Positions 1 to 9,665 of a stretch of DNA of 64,000 nt are shown here, piece by piece. The stretch is from Kiritimatiellia bacterium. GTDB taxonomy: Bacteria; Verrucomicrobiota; Kiritimatiellia; JAAZAB01. Position 1 is the first letter of the stretch. The number at the start of each line of letters is the position of its first letter. Location: assembly GCA_040767085.1 (NCBI GenBank), contig JAXGPF010000003.1:384001-448000 (forward strand), in the 5' to 3' direction. The translations under genes and the position numbers were made by a program. The notes beneath the pieces were generated by a model that worked only from the letters and a program-made list of their open reading frames with translations, did no database searches and was not told the origin of the DNA.

Positions 1-7
1 CTGGACG

Positions 8-160
8 CTACGGTTCGGAGAGTCGCCGCAGGACTTGGATCCATTGCCGCAGATTCTTCTCCGCGAGCTTAGCGTCGGTCAGCTCCTTTTCCTGGTGCGC
101 GACGTAGGTGTTCCGGAAGTTGTTGATGTCGGTGACGGCGGCCAGCAGGTCCCGGCCCGT
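8..160 (-). pseudogene. C-terminal remnant resembling a type III restriction Res / DEAD-box helicase tail
   Basis: Frame reads GRDLLAAVTDINNFRNTYVAHQEKELTD...stop; an in-frame TGA at 200-202 means no N-terminal part is attached. Family resemblance is from memory. Confidence 0.4.
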
Positions 161-358
161 GCGGCTCGCACCCGGTGCGCACTCGGTTCCTGCCACGTCT
201 CAAACAGGGGTTCGAGAACTGATGGAGTGACGAAGTACGGATCTGGCATGCGACGCCCCCCGAAATTTACCTTATCTCTTACCAACGACCAGCGCTAAAC
301 ACACACTATACTACTACAGATTGTGGATCATTGCCGTATAACCGGAAAAACACACAAT

Positions 359-1522
359 TTAACCATTCTTAATGACTCTGTTATTCGTGGCTTCAGAAAG
401 CAATGTCTGCCACGTGGCCGTCAACACATACCGCCGGACACGCAAGGCCTCTTCCCGCTCTGGCCTGACAAATCCGCCCATGCGCCACCGGCCGAGCCAT
501 TCCCGCGCCGTGGACGCGGAGATGCCGTACCATGCGACAAGGTCTTGCGGTCCAAAGACGGAAGCGGCCGGATCGTCTTCCATCCCCCGCAGCATCAGCT
601 TGCTGAGCAACTGCTGTTGCGTGCGGTGGAGATTATCCCAGGGCGCGTTGCGTCTTTCTTGCGGATGGATGGCTTCCGCTTGCTTTCTGAGCGCATCCGC
701 TCCGCGGGCCATCGCCCCGCAAAAAAACTCCAGCCAGCGGGTATGATCCGGATCGTGCCGTCCCTGGTAGTAGTCCACCGGCAACCCCATCTGCAGACTG
801 CCGTAGTAAGCAGCCAGATTTGGGGTATAGTACTCCTCCAGGGACAGGAATCCCCGCATGTCGTATCCGCTGCGCCACAGTTCGACGGTCGCCAGCGCCC
901 GCGCTGTCCGTCCATTGCCGTCGGAGAAGGGGTGAATACTGACAAAACGGTGGGCCAGCAAACCGGCGCGGAGCGGAGCGGGCAGTGTCGCGGCGACCGG
1001 ACTTTGCGCCCACGCCACGAGATCGCGCATCAGTTCCGGCACATCGGCCGGCTCAGGCGGGCCGTAATCAATCGCGCGCGTGGCGCTATCCACCACCGGG
1101 CACTCGTTCTTCCGGTATTCGCTGCGCGCGCCCCGGCGGCCATGCCCGCGGACAATGATGATCGCATGCAACTCGCGGATGAAATCCTCCGTCAGTTTGC
1201 GTTGTTCTTCCACCTGTTCTTCGATCCAGTCCAGGGCGCGCCAATAGTTGCGCACCTCCTGCGCCATGGCGCTGCCGGTCCGGTCCGGGTGGGCGACGGC
1301 TCTACCCACTTCGCGGCTGTCGAGTGTGTTGCCTTCGATGGCCGTGGAGTTGCGCGTGGCGCGTTGCCGGGCCTCATGCCGCAGCAACAGAATCCGATCA
1401 GGCGGCAAGGGCAGCATGTCTATGACGCTGCGCGCCGCCTCAATCCGGGTGAGCGCATGGACCATCTCATGCGTATAGGTAAAACGCGCGCGAAACGGCG
1501 CGCCGGTATCGCGTCCGCTCAT
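359..1522 (-). CDS. Fic family protein with C-terminal HTH-like region
   Basis: Canonical Fic motif HPFSDGNGRTARAL; N-terminal STAIEGN motif; 387 aa. Confidence 0.92.
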   Translation of the reverse strand: MSGRDTGAPFRARFTYTHEMVHALTRIEAARSVIDMLPLPPDRILLLRHEARQRATRNSTAIEGNTLDSREVGRAVAHPDRTGSAMAQEVRNYWRALDWIEEQVEEQRKLTEDFIRELHAIIIVRGHGRRGARSEYRKNECPVVDSATRAIDYGPPEPADVPELMRDLVAWAQSPVAATLPAPLRAGLLAHRFVSIHPFSDGNGRTARALATVELWRSGYDMRGFLSLEEYYTPNLAAYYGSLQMGLPVDYYQGRHDPDHTRWLEFFCGAMARGADALRKQAEAIHPQERRNAPWDNLHRTQQQLLSKLMLRGMEDDPAASVFGPQDLVAWYGISASTAREWLGRWRMGGFVRPEREEALRVRRYVLTATWQTLLSEATNNRVIKNG

Positions 1523-1584
1523 GACTTCACCCCCAGGAAGCGGGAATGTTGAAGGGCAAGCGTTGATGGCGTGTTGCCCAAATC

Positions 1585-1696
1585 GAGATTCCTCGACTTC
1601 GCTCGGAATGACGCCTCTGGAGTAGTCGTATTATCCAAGGAACTGTCATGCTGAGCCCTTCGGCTCCGCTCAGGGCAGGCTTTGTCGAAGCATCTC
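1585..1696. repeat. Inverted pair of REP-like palindromes, the second with a nested hairpin
   Basis: gagattcctcgacttcgctcggaatgac (1585-1612) faces gtcatgctgagc[ccttcggctccgctcagggcaggc]tttgtcgaagcatctc (1645-1696). Confidence 0.6.
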
Positions 1697-2022
1697 GCCA
1701 AAGGCGTTTTTTTCTTTTGGGCAACACGCCCTTGAATTGTGACCACAGCGCCCTTTCCCGCACTTCGATCTTTTTCTCCACTTGGCAGAATTCTGAGTTT
1801 CATGCTTGCCAGCGTGCAAAATCCGGGCGGAAATGTCAAGCGCCGAGAGGGAAATCCATCCGGTTGGCGGCTTGCCTTGCCTTGATTGTTCATTCGATCC
1901 CCGGCGTACGCATACCGCCGCACGCAAAAAAACACACAAAATAGCAAAACATTCCCATTGCCATCGACTGGTTAAAGGTTACGATCAGTCCGGTTTTCAC
2001 TGGCGTCCCATAAGGGACGCCA

Positions 2023-2165
2023 AGGCTGAAGGTTATTAGACTGAAGGCTGTAGGTTAAAACCCCGAAAAACATCGGCAAAAAAACCGGAACTGTGTTTTC
2101 CGATCCGATGCTTGAAATCCGCGGTTTTCCTATAGTCTACATCCTTCAGCCTACAGTCTAAGCAT
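2023..2165. repeat. Inverted clusters of short degenerate repeats
   Basis: aggctgaagg..agactgaaggctgtagg at ~2023-2054 mirrored by cctatagtct..ccttcagcctacagtct at ~2129-2160. Confidence 0.5.
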
Positions 2166-2214
2166 CCTGTGGGATGCTAATGGTCGGGTTTTAAAACCTG
2201 AACCACATGCCGCC

Positions 2215-3087
2215 ATGGCGGTAAAAAAACGACCACTTCGAGCGCAACCCGGCATGCAACCTGCTGACGCTATCAGCCAAATCAATGAATCCGTGGACCC
2301 CGCGGTTTTGGCGCCGCACTGGGCGGATACGCTCGCTGCTGGCGATGGCCGGCTCCCGGACTTTCTGCAACCGGAGACGATTGTGGAACTCCGCCGGGCG
2401 GCCGGCCTGCCGCCGGCCGCCGATACGCCACTGCTGGAAACCGCCCGGCGCATCGCCGGAGACCCTGCTTTGCGGCTGCTGGCGCGGCATTGCTACCGCC
2501 TGCTTTACGCCCATGCGGATTACAACCGGTTCGGCGCCTGGCCGTCATTCCAAACCGTCCTTGGTGAAAACGCCGGCGTTTTTTACCTGCTGATTCTCCT
2601 GGCGGCGGCGCCGTTCATCCGCGCGCAACACCGCCGGCGTCACATTCCGGAAGCAATCACCCGCGCTACCTGCGACAGGCTGGATGCGGGGGAACGTTAC
2701 CGCGCCACCCACCAGGGCCGATGGGGCGCCGACCGCCGCAGTCTGTATTGGACCAGGTTTTACACCAACGGCGACCTGTACCGCCTGGGCCGCATGGAAT
2801 ACATGCTGCGCGGATTCAAGGGCCTGGTCGAAGTATACCGCCACGCGCGGACCGGCGCCACCGCCGCTTTCGCGCCGGACGGCGCAATGTACGATGCACA
2901 GGGACTGGCGGTGAAAACCGCGGACGGCGGCACCCCTCCCCCCGGAACCTGGACCGCCAGCCTGACGATCGCCGACGGATGGATTCAAGGCTGCCCAATC
3001 CTGCCTGAAGGCGTCGCCGTGCGGCGGCAAGCCGGACTGCGCTCCAGTACCAGCAAACTTACCCAATCACAAAAGGGGACATTTTAA
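2215..3087 (+). pseudogene. C-terminally truncated N-acyltransferase (NAT_N/GNAT_C, DUF5596-like)
   Basis: LYWTRFYTNGDLYRLGRMEY region is similar to the 22395-23561 paralogue, but similarity stops near 3030 and the VHIP and CTSW motifs are missing; the last codons run into an IS end. Confidence 0.65.
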
Positions 3088-3099
3088 ACGAGTGTGACA
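3072..3099 (+). mobile_element. Orphan IS terminal repeat (ISNCY/IS1202-group or IS481-like)
   Basis: aaaggggacattttaaacgagtgtgaca; reverse complement TGTCACACTCGTTTAAAATGTCCCC resembles TGT-ended IRs of these groups; no transposase adjacent. Confidence 0.5.
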
Positions 3100-3287
3100 A
3101 ATGGCCATAATTCAGTTGACTTCCTCGAAGGCGGTGATAATTTGCCAAAACCGTGAGAAAAATGTATTGGTGACGGAGAATATGCAAACTGGCCATCGAA
3201 AATCCGGCGATGACTGATTGCAAAACATAATTCCGGAAACATGAGAGTGACGGGTAAAGCCCGTCACGGAATCAGGGGATTGAAACC

Positions 3288-4145
3288 ATGCCAACCATTA
3301 TTGCAATCGGTGCGCACCATGATGATGTGGAGTTGCGCAGCGGCGGGACATTGGCTAGATATGCTATGGAAGGCTGGCATGTGGTATATGCCGTGGCCAC
3401 CACAACCCCGCACTATTTGCCATGGCCCGAGGAAAAGGCGCAAGGTCAGTATCGATCCAATGCGGAGATTATCGAACTGCGCAAAGAGGAATCCCGACGC
3501 GGTGCGGCGGTTCTGAGAATCAAGGATGTGCATTTTTTCGATTTCAAGAGTATGTACTGGTATAAGGACGGCACTCATAAACGGCGTTACTTGGATGGGC
3601 ATAATTCAACGATGGAGGAGTTTCGGCATCTTAACCAGGATTTGCCGGGGCGGGAGTTCATTATGACGGCTTGCCACTGTTCGGCGGCCGTGGATTTCCT
3701 CTGTAATTTCCTGCAGAAAAAGCAGGCGGATGTAGTATTGACGCATTTCCCCGATGATGCTCACTGGGAACACTATGCAACGGCCGGCCTGGTGCGCGCC
3801 GCCGTGCGCCGATGGACTGGCGCCGGCCGGCGGCCAAAGCTCTATGCCTGGGAACAGGGCGGGGCGGGAAACATGACGTCCTCGTTTGCGCCGACTCACT
3901 TCGTGGATATCACCAGCACCATCGATCTGAAATGCGAATCGCTAATGAGTTTCGTGTCCCAGTTTGGCGACCACAATCCGCAGATGTTTGCCGATCGTGC
4001 TCGCAGAAGGGCGCAGGCTTACGGAAAAATGACAGGAATGCAATATGCCGAGCCATACATGCTTTTTCAGATTCCGTCTGTTTCTATGATGAATGTTTAT
4101 ACGGCGCCGACGTATGACGTCAGTCAGGCCCGCCACGGGCTATAA
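3288..4145 (+). CDS. PIG-L/LmbE family N-acetylglucosaminyl deacetylase
   Basis: AIGAHHDDVE and THFPDDAHWEH metal-binding motifs; VDIT..K..SQ and AEPY C-terminal motifs. Confidence 0.9.
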   Translation: MPTIIAIGAHHDDVELRSGGTLARYAMEGWHVVYAVATTTPHYLPWPEEKAQGQYRSNAEIIELRKEESRRGAAVLRIKDVHFFDFKSMYWYKDGTHKRRYLDGHNSTMEEFRHLNQDLPGREFIMTACHCSAAVDFLCNFLQKKQADVVLTHFPDDAHWEHYATAGLVRAAVRRWTGAGRRPKLYAWEQGGAGNMTSSFAPTHFVDITSTIDLKCESLMSFVSQFGDHNPQMFADRARRRAQAYGKMTGMQYAEPYMLFQIPSVSMMNVYTAPTYDVSQARHGL

Positions 4146-4196
4146 ATGCAAATTTACCCGGGCGGCCTAATTGGAACATTCGGGATTCCGGCATAG

Positions 4197-5249
4197 TTGA
4201 CGGTATCTGATACAACACCGGCGCGGTATTTCAAGCGCCGGATCATTCGCCGCAAGTATGTCCGCAAAGACCGTGCGGAGCAGGCGCTGATCATTGCGCC
4301 GCTGAAGCCGCGTCTGATAGAAGGCAGCTATGCCAGCGTGGGATTGGTGACGGACATCATTTTGAAGAAATACGTGGATCACCTGCCGCTATACCGGCAG
4401 GAACGAATTTTAAAGATCCGGCACGGGATAGACCTGTCGCGGAAAACAATGTGCGACTGGGTGGGTAAGACCGCGGATTTGTTGGGGGCCATTTACCAGC
4501 ATGTCCGCACGGGCTTGAAAAGCAGCGGATATTTGCAAATAGACGAAACGCCGGTGCGATATTGCCGGGATGATGGCGGCGGCGGCGGCCAAGGATACTT
4601 ATGGGCGTATCATCATCCCGGAGAAGACGTGTTATTCGAATGGCATACTAGCCGGAGCGCGGATTGTTTGGAGCGGATGCTGGGTAATTTCAGCGGCACG
4701 GCGCAAAGCGACGGATATGCCGCTTACCCGGCTTTTGCTAAAGGAAACGACCGGATTGTGTTGGCAGGCTGCTGGGCGCATGCACGGCGCAAATTCAAGG
4801 ATGCCGTAGAAGAAACGCCTGGGATGGCAGGGTGGTTCTTGAATCAGATAGGCTTATTATATGGCATTGAAGCCGATTTGCGTAATCGGAATGTATGCGC
4901 GCGTTTGCGGCAGGTGGCCCGGAGTGCCGCCAGCCGGATGATTTTGGCGCGGATACAAAAAGCTTTGCGCCAGAAAATGCCGGCATATCTGCCGAAAAGC
5001 CGGATGGGGCTGGCAATCGGTTATGCGTTGTCCCGCTGGGAACAACTGGAACGTTACATGCATGACGGCCGGATTGAAATAGACAACAACCTGGTGGAAA
5101 ACGCCATCCGGCCGGCGGCGCTGGGTAAAAAGAACTGGTTGTTCTTCGGCGCGCCGGATGCGGGACAAAGGTCCGCGATCTTCTACACGCTGCTGGAACA
5201 GTGTTCGGCTTTCCGGATTGCGCCCAGCAATGGCGCACACTGGCTCTGA
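4197..5249 (+). mobile_element. IS66 family transposase (TnpC) internal fragment
   Basis: KYVDHLPLYRQ, DETP, GCWAHARRKF, IDNNLVENAIRP..GKKNWLF motifs; N-terminus, C-terminal domain, tnpA/tnpB and GTAA ends not seen. Confidence 0.88.
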
Positions 5250-5270
5250 AATGGATTATTCCGCAAGCGG

Positions 5271-6750
5271 CTATTGCAGCGAAAACATCGTCCCGGCGCC
5301 CACGTACTCATAGCAGCCAAGGTCCACCAGGCCGCTGAACCGGTCAATCCGGCGGCGCCGGTCCAGGTCCACGGCACCGTCCATCCAAGGCATATTGGCC
5401 CCCGCATTGATATATGGCGAATTGGGGGACAAACGGAAATTGCCCGCTTCCATACCGGCAAACATCGGGTCGTCGGTCCTGTTACCCGCATCCGGCGTCA
5501 CCGGCTGGTCGGTGCCATTTTGCAAAGGCGCAACACAGCAATTGGTCAAAATCACACCCGTGCCGGCAACAAGGTACATGTTGCTGCGGCCATCAACAGG
5601 CGCGCTATTCCCGTAAACAATCGTGTTGCGCACCACCATGTTGGTTGTGACATTGGCATTGACCACCAGCCCGCCGCCATTTAAAGGAGCGCTGTTGGAG
5701 GCTATCGTGGTGTTTTCAACCCGGAAACGCACAGGTTGTTCCAGCGCCAGGCCGCCGGCGCCGCCGCTTGCCGCCGTTGCCCGGTTGCCGACAATCAAAC
5801 AACCCGTGATGATCCCGGGGCTATTGATGCGGATGCCGCCCCCGGCATAGCTGGAATTATATGCCGCTGTGTTTCCGCGAATGATGCTGTTGGATATTAT
5901 CAGATCACCAGCAGTCGCATAATAACGATGCAAGATTCCCCCGCCGCCGCTGGCAGCCTGATTGTATGAAATCTCGCAGTTGGCAATCATGCCGGTGCTG
6001 CCGTCGCGGGCGTAAACATAAAAGCCGCCCCCAGAGTCGGTGCTGGCGATATTACGTTCAATCCGGCAGCCATACATTTCAAAAATCATGCCCGGTTCAT
6101 CTACCGCGGAAATCCCATACAAGCCCCCGCCGCCATTGGATGCTACATTATCAACTACTTCGCAATTTGATGCCGCCAGCCTGGCGCTATAAGCGTAAAT
6201 GCCGCCGCCTGTGGTATCGGAAATATTATTGCTGACGATGCAGCCATCCAGATACATGGCGGAGGCAGAGCCTGACTTGTAAATCCCGCCCCCGCCGGAA
6301 GTGGAATAATTGCTATGAACAACACAGTTAGACAGGTAAAAATCGCGGAAATTACGCTTGTAGATTCCGGCGCCGCCCGGTCCGCTTCCGTGGCGGATGG
6401 TAAAGCCGGACATGAAGATCGGATCCCCATCGGTAGTTGGGCTGGAATACACGCACCGCCGGGCATTTTCGCCGTCAATCATCGTTACCCCCGGCCCATT
6501 GACCCCCCGGATATCCACCGACTTGACGAGATTCACCACCGGATCAACCGCCGCGGTATAGGTGCCGTTGGACACCAGGATCACATCGCCATCGCCGGCG
6601 GCATCCACCGCGCCCTGGATGGAACGCTTGGCCAGAGGCCAGGTTGATCCGTCATTGCCGTCATCGCCCGTCTCGGCGACGTACAACGTTGTGGCCGCCA
6701 TACCACCGACCGATAAGGCAAAGCTTAAGAACAGAAACGATACAATTTTC
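5271..6750 (-). pseudogene. Secreted right-handed beta-helix protein with choice-of-anchor-Q-like C-terminal domain; start codon disrupted by ISL3
   Basis: N-x(4-5)-GGG repeats and DPMF..SPYINAG..DLD..R..VDLGCYE domain; frame extends upstream of 6701 as KIVSFLFLSFALSVGG to the IS junction; native RBS and ATG lie at 8292-8310. Confidence 0.85.
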
Positions 6751-8284
6751 GTTTCCTCACCAGAATTTGTGGGTGATTACCGGTTCGGGCAATTGCCCAA
6801 GGGTATGATATAGCGCCATTTCCGCGCCATGAAAAGTTCTGAAGCCATAAGATCGTTTGGTAACCACTCGAGCTTTATTGTTCAAGCCCTCGGTTGCGCC
6901 AGTAAAAACCTCGTTTCTGGCTCTGATCCAGTTCAAAAGCAGCTCCTCGTGTTTAGCAATGGTTTTAGCCGCCTTAATGATTGGCGCAATGCGGCTACGA
7001 CAGGCGCGCTTGACCCATGCCTGGAGATAATTACGCGCCCAGGTTGGGCTGTGATAGCTCCAAAAATGCTGAAAGCTTTCCTTGAACAAATAGGCGCGGC
7101 CGGTTTGCAGTCTTGTGCCCAATATCCGATCAAGCATTTCGCGAGCTTTGCCGCGCACGCGGGTTTTGCGGCGCAGCAAGGTCCAGCGCATTTTCTTGAG
7201 TTTTTGCTTGGCCGCCGGACGCGCTGTCATCGCCGCCATATCCCGGCGCCGGACCTCGTCCACGGCGGCATTCAAGGTTTGCACGACATGGAAGCGGTCA
7301 ATCATGTGGCAACCGTGGCTGAGGCTCGCAGCAATGACTTTCAGATAAGGTCGCCACATATCGCTACATATATGTCGAATGCCGGCCAGCACGGGTTTTC
7401 CCAAAGATTGCAACCCTTTACGCAGCGCGGCCGCCCGGCGGGTTTGGCCGACCCAGAGCAATCGGCGGCATTGCGCATCAATCTGATAGATCAAGGTCAG
7501 ATAGTTCTTGCTCTTTTTACCGTTGCCTACGTGGAGTTCATCAACACCAATCGCCGTTATATTGGCCAATTCCCGGTGCGCCAAGCCCCATTCCACCATC
7601 CACTCGACCGACCGATAAACCGCCTGCCAACTGACTTTGAAAATCAGCGCCGTCTCTTTCCAGGACAACCTCCGCGCCCAGTTCCCCAAAAAAAGCATCA
7701 GCGCCTTGCTGTAGGGTCGTTTGCCATCGCTCCAAGGCAGCGCTTCCACCACCACGCCATGTTCGGGGCAATTTACCCGGCGCGGACTATAATGCAAAAA
7801 AGCCGGCACATTCAAAATGGGCACAAACGCCCATATCCGTTCAGGCAGAGTGTCGTATGTCGCCAGCGGTCGCCCGCAACGCGAGCAGCATGCCGCGCGT
7901 TGGCGATGCGGACGAATGCTTATATCCACTTTCCATTGGCCGCGACGATCCAAAACCATACAAGTTTCCTGATAAATAAAACGTTTCAAAGGTTGCAAAC
8001 GATTCAAAATTGTTTTAAGTTTCACCTTGGGCTGGTCCTCCTTTTTTTGTGTTCACCCATTGCATACGCAATGGATTACGGAAAGGCCAGCCTATTTTTT
8101 TGCCGCCGCTTTATCTCCGTTCCGCCATCGCGCCAATCAGGAGTTATTAATCAGGCTGCTGCGGGGCCGCCAAACGCCCAAAGCGGCAGGCTGTTAATAA
8201 CTCCACCATCTTTTGGCGCCATTGCTTGGAGAACTTCTTAAACTTTAAAACCTGTTTTTTACCCACAAATTCTGGTTAGGAGCC
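6751..8284 (-). mobile_element. Complete ISL3 family insertion sequence, 1534 bp
   Basis: 24-bp IRs with 3 mismatches (GGCTCCTAACCAGAATTTGTGGGT / GTTTCCTCACCAGAATTTGTGGGT); 8-bp direct repeat CAATTTTC at 6743-6750 and 8285-8292. Confidence 0.95.
6757..8025 (-). CDS. ISL3 family transposase
   Basis: CSRC/CPEH zinc finger, IGVDE, CSDMW, DRFHV, TEGLNNK..KRSYGFR motifs; 422 aa, intact. Confidence 0.95.
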   Translation of the reverse strand: MKLKTILNRLQPLKRFIYQETCMVLDRRGQWKVDISIRPHRQRAACCSRCGRPLATYDTLPERIWAFVPILNVPAFLHYSPRRVNCPEHGVVVEALPWSDGKRPYSKALMLFLGNWARRLSWKETALIFKVSWQAVYRSVEWMVEWGLAHRELANITAIGVDELHVGNGKKSKNYLTLIYQIDAQCRRLLWVGQTRRAAALRKGLQSLGKPVLAGIRHICSDMWRPYLKVIAASLSHGCHMIDRFHVVQTLNAAVDEVRRRDMAAMTARPAAKQKLKKMRWTLLRRKTRVRGKAREMLDRILGTRLQTGRAYLFKESFQHFWSYHSPTWARNYLQAWVKRACRSRIAPIIKAAKTIAKHEELLLNWIRARNEVFTGATEGLNNKARVVTKRSYGFRTFHGAEMALYHTLGQLPEPVITHKFW

Positions 8285-8346
8285 CAATTTTCATGTGTTT
8301 AGCACTCCTTGTGTTATCGTCAACAATCAACAGACTACTTTCAACT

Positions 8347-8465
8347 GAGCCAATTTCAAAAGTCTCGGACGACGTGGAAGTCGTCCCTCCAAAATGCAAA
8401 ATCACCCGTTTTTGGAGGGTCGGGTTCCACCCCGACCTTTTTGTCAGGACTTTTGAAATTAGCTC
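8347..8465. mobile_element. MITE-like element carrying a REP-like doublet
   Basis: TIRs GAGCCAATTTCAAAAGTC / GACTTTTGAAATTAGCTC (17/18), flanked by AACT on both sides; internal hairpins at 8367-8390 and 8414-8437. Confidence 0.65.
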
Positions 8466-8522
8466 AACTTTCAACATCCAACATCCAATACAATTGATTA
8501 TTGAGTGAATATTGATTATTGT
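8464..8522. repeat. Degenerate heptamer tandem repeats in inverted arrangement
   Basis: tcaactt tcaacat ccaacat ccaatac ... tattgag tgaatat tgattat. Confidence 0.55.
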
Positions 8523-9577
8523 CTACCGGACATTGTCCATTTCCTGATAAATTCCCGCACCACCTCAAGATTGTCGTACATGTCGAACCCAAACCCGTCC
8601 AGCCCGTGTCCGCATCCTTTGCGCACCACCAGTTCCACCGGCACATTCAAATCTTTCAACTTCTTTACCATGGCCTCGGCGGAACTCAGCGGGCAGGTCT
8701 TGTCCAGTTCGCCGTGCAGCATCAGCACCGGCGGCATGCCGGCCTTGACCTGGTGCAAGGGCGACGCCTGGGTGTACTTTTCGGGATATTCCTCGACCGT
8801 CCCGCCGATAATGGCCTCGCCGATCCGGCTCTGCCCGAAATCTCCGACAAAATCGCAGATGCCGGCGTTAATCACCGCCAGGTTGACATCGCTCGAAAAA
8901 CCAGCATAGCCGCCGCTGCCGTCAAATTCACGGGAACCGTTGGACGCCGCCGCCAGCCAGGTCCACTGCGTACCGGCGGAACTGCCCATCACCGCAATCT
9001 TATCCGGATCGATCGCGTATTCCCCGGCTATCGAACGCAGCCAGCGCAGGCAGGTTTTCAAATCCTCCAAGGCGGAGGGATATTTTCCATCGTTCGGCTG
9101 ACGGTAATACAAGGCCGCACAAAACAGATTCTCCGTCAATGCCAGGTAATTGCACTGGCGGTCGCCGCAGATTTTCGGCTGTTTGCCGCTGGCCCAGTCG
9201 TGCATGAACACCAGCGCCGGACGCGGCTGGGCCGGTTTTTTATCGCGGTAATACACATCCGCCTTCAAATCAAAGCCGCCGGGCAGCCGCGCGATACTAT
9301 GCTGGCGGACAATGGTATTGCCGCGCGGCGCCACGCACATGGCGGATTGCGGGTCCGCTTCCAGCCGCCTGAGAAACTCGGCATCATCCACCACTGTAAA
9401 TAATCCTGGCTCGTTGGCGCTGGAACTCATGGTCCTAAAGTCCTCCATACGGCTGTTTAACCGGCCCGGGACATCCATCCGCTCATCGGTGGGAATCTCC
9501 CGCTGCGCCGCGGCGCCGAATACCTGGCCGAACACCATCATAATCGTCCCCAACTGACAATACAGGCAGTATTTCAT
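8516..9577 (-). CDS. Alpha/beta hydrolase, carbohydrate-esterase-like (BD-FAE type), with signal peptide
   Basis: GSSAG nucleophile elbow, HGELD and GHG catalytic motifs; start placed at MKYCLY (9577) rather than 9796. Confidence 0.85.
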   Translation of the reverse strand: MKYCLYCQLGTIMMVFGQVFGAAAQREIPTDERMDVPGRLNSRMEDFRTMSSSANEPGLFTVVDDAEFLRRLEADPQSAMCVAPRGNTIVRQHSIARLPGGFDLKADVYYRDKKPAQPRPALVFMHDWASGKQPKICGDRQCNYLALTENLFCAALYYRQPNDGKYPSALEDLKTCLRWLRSIAGEYAIDPDKIAVMGSSAGTQWTWLAAASNGSREFDGSGGYAGFSSDVNLAVINAGICDFVGDFGQSRIGEAIIGGTVEEYPEKYTQASPLHQVKAGMPPVLMLHGELDKTCPLSSAEAMVKKLKDLNVPVELVVRKGCGHGLDGFGFDMYDNLEVVREFIRKWTMSGRQ

Positions 9578-9665
9578 AACTGATCGCCCCCAATAATGCA
9601 AACTGTTAATCATCGGACGCATCCGCATCTTCCGCCCTGCCAACCGCCGGGTCCTGCCCGCCAAT

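Noticed and set aside
303-326. NrdR-box-like sequence (ctactacagattgtgg), loosely similar to ~35520-35545
   Set aside because: Single weak match with no ribonucleotide reductase gene nearby.
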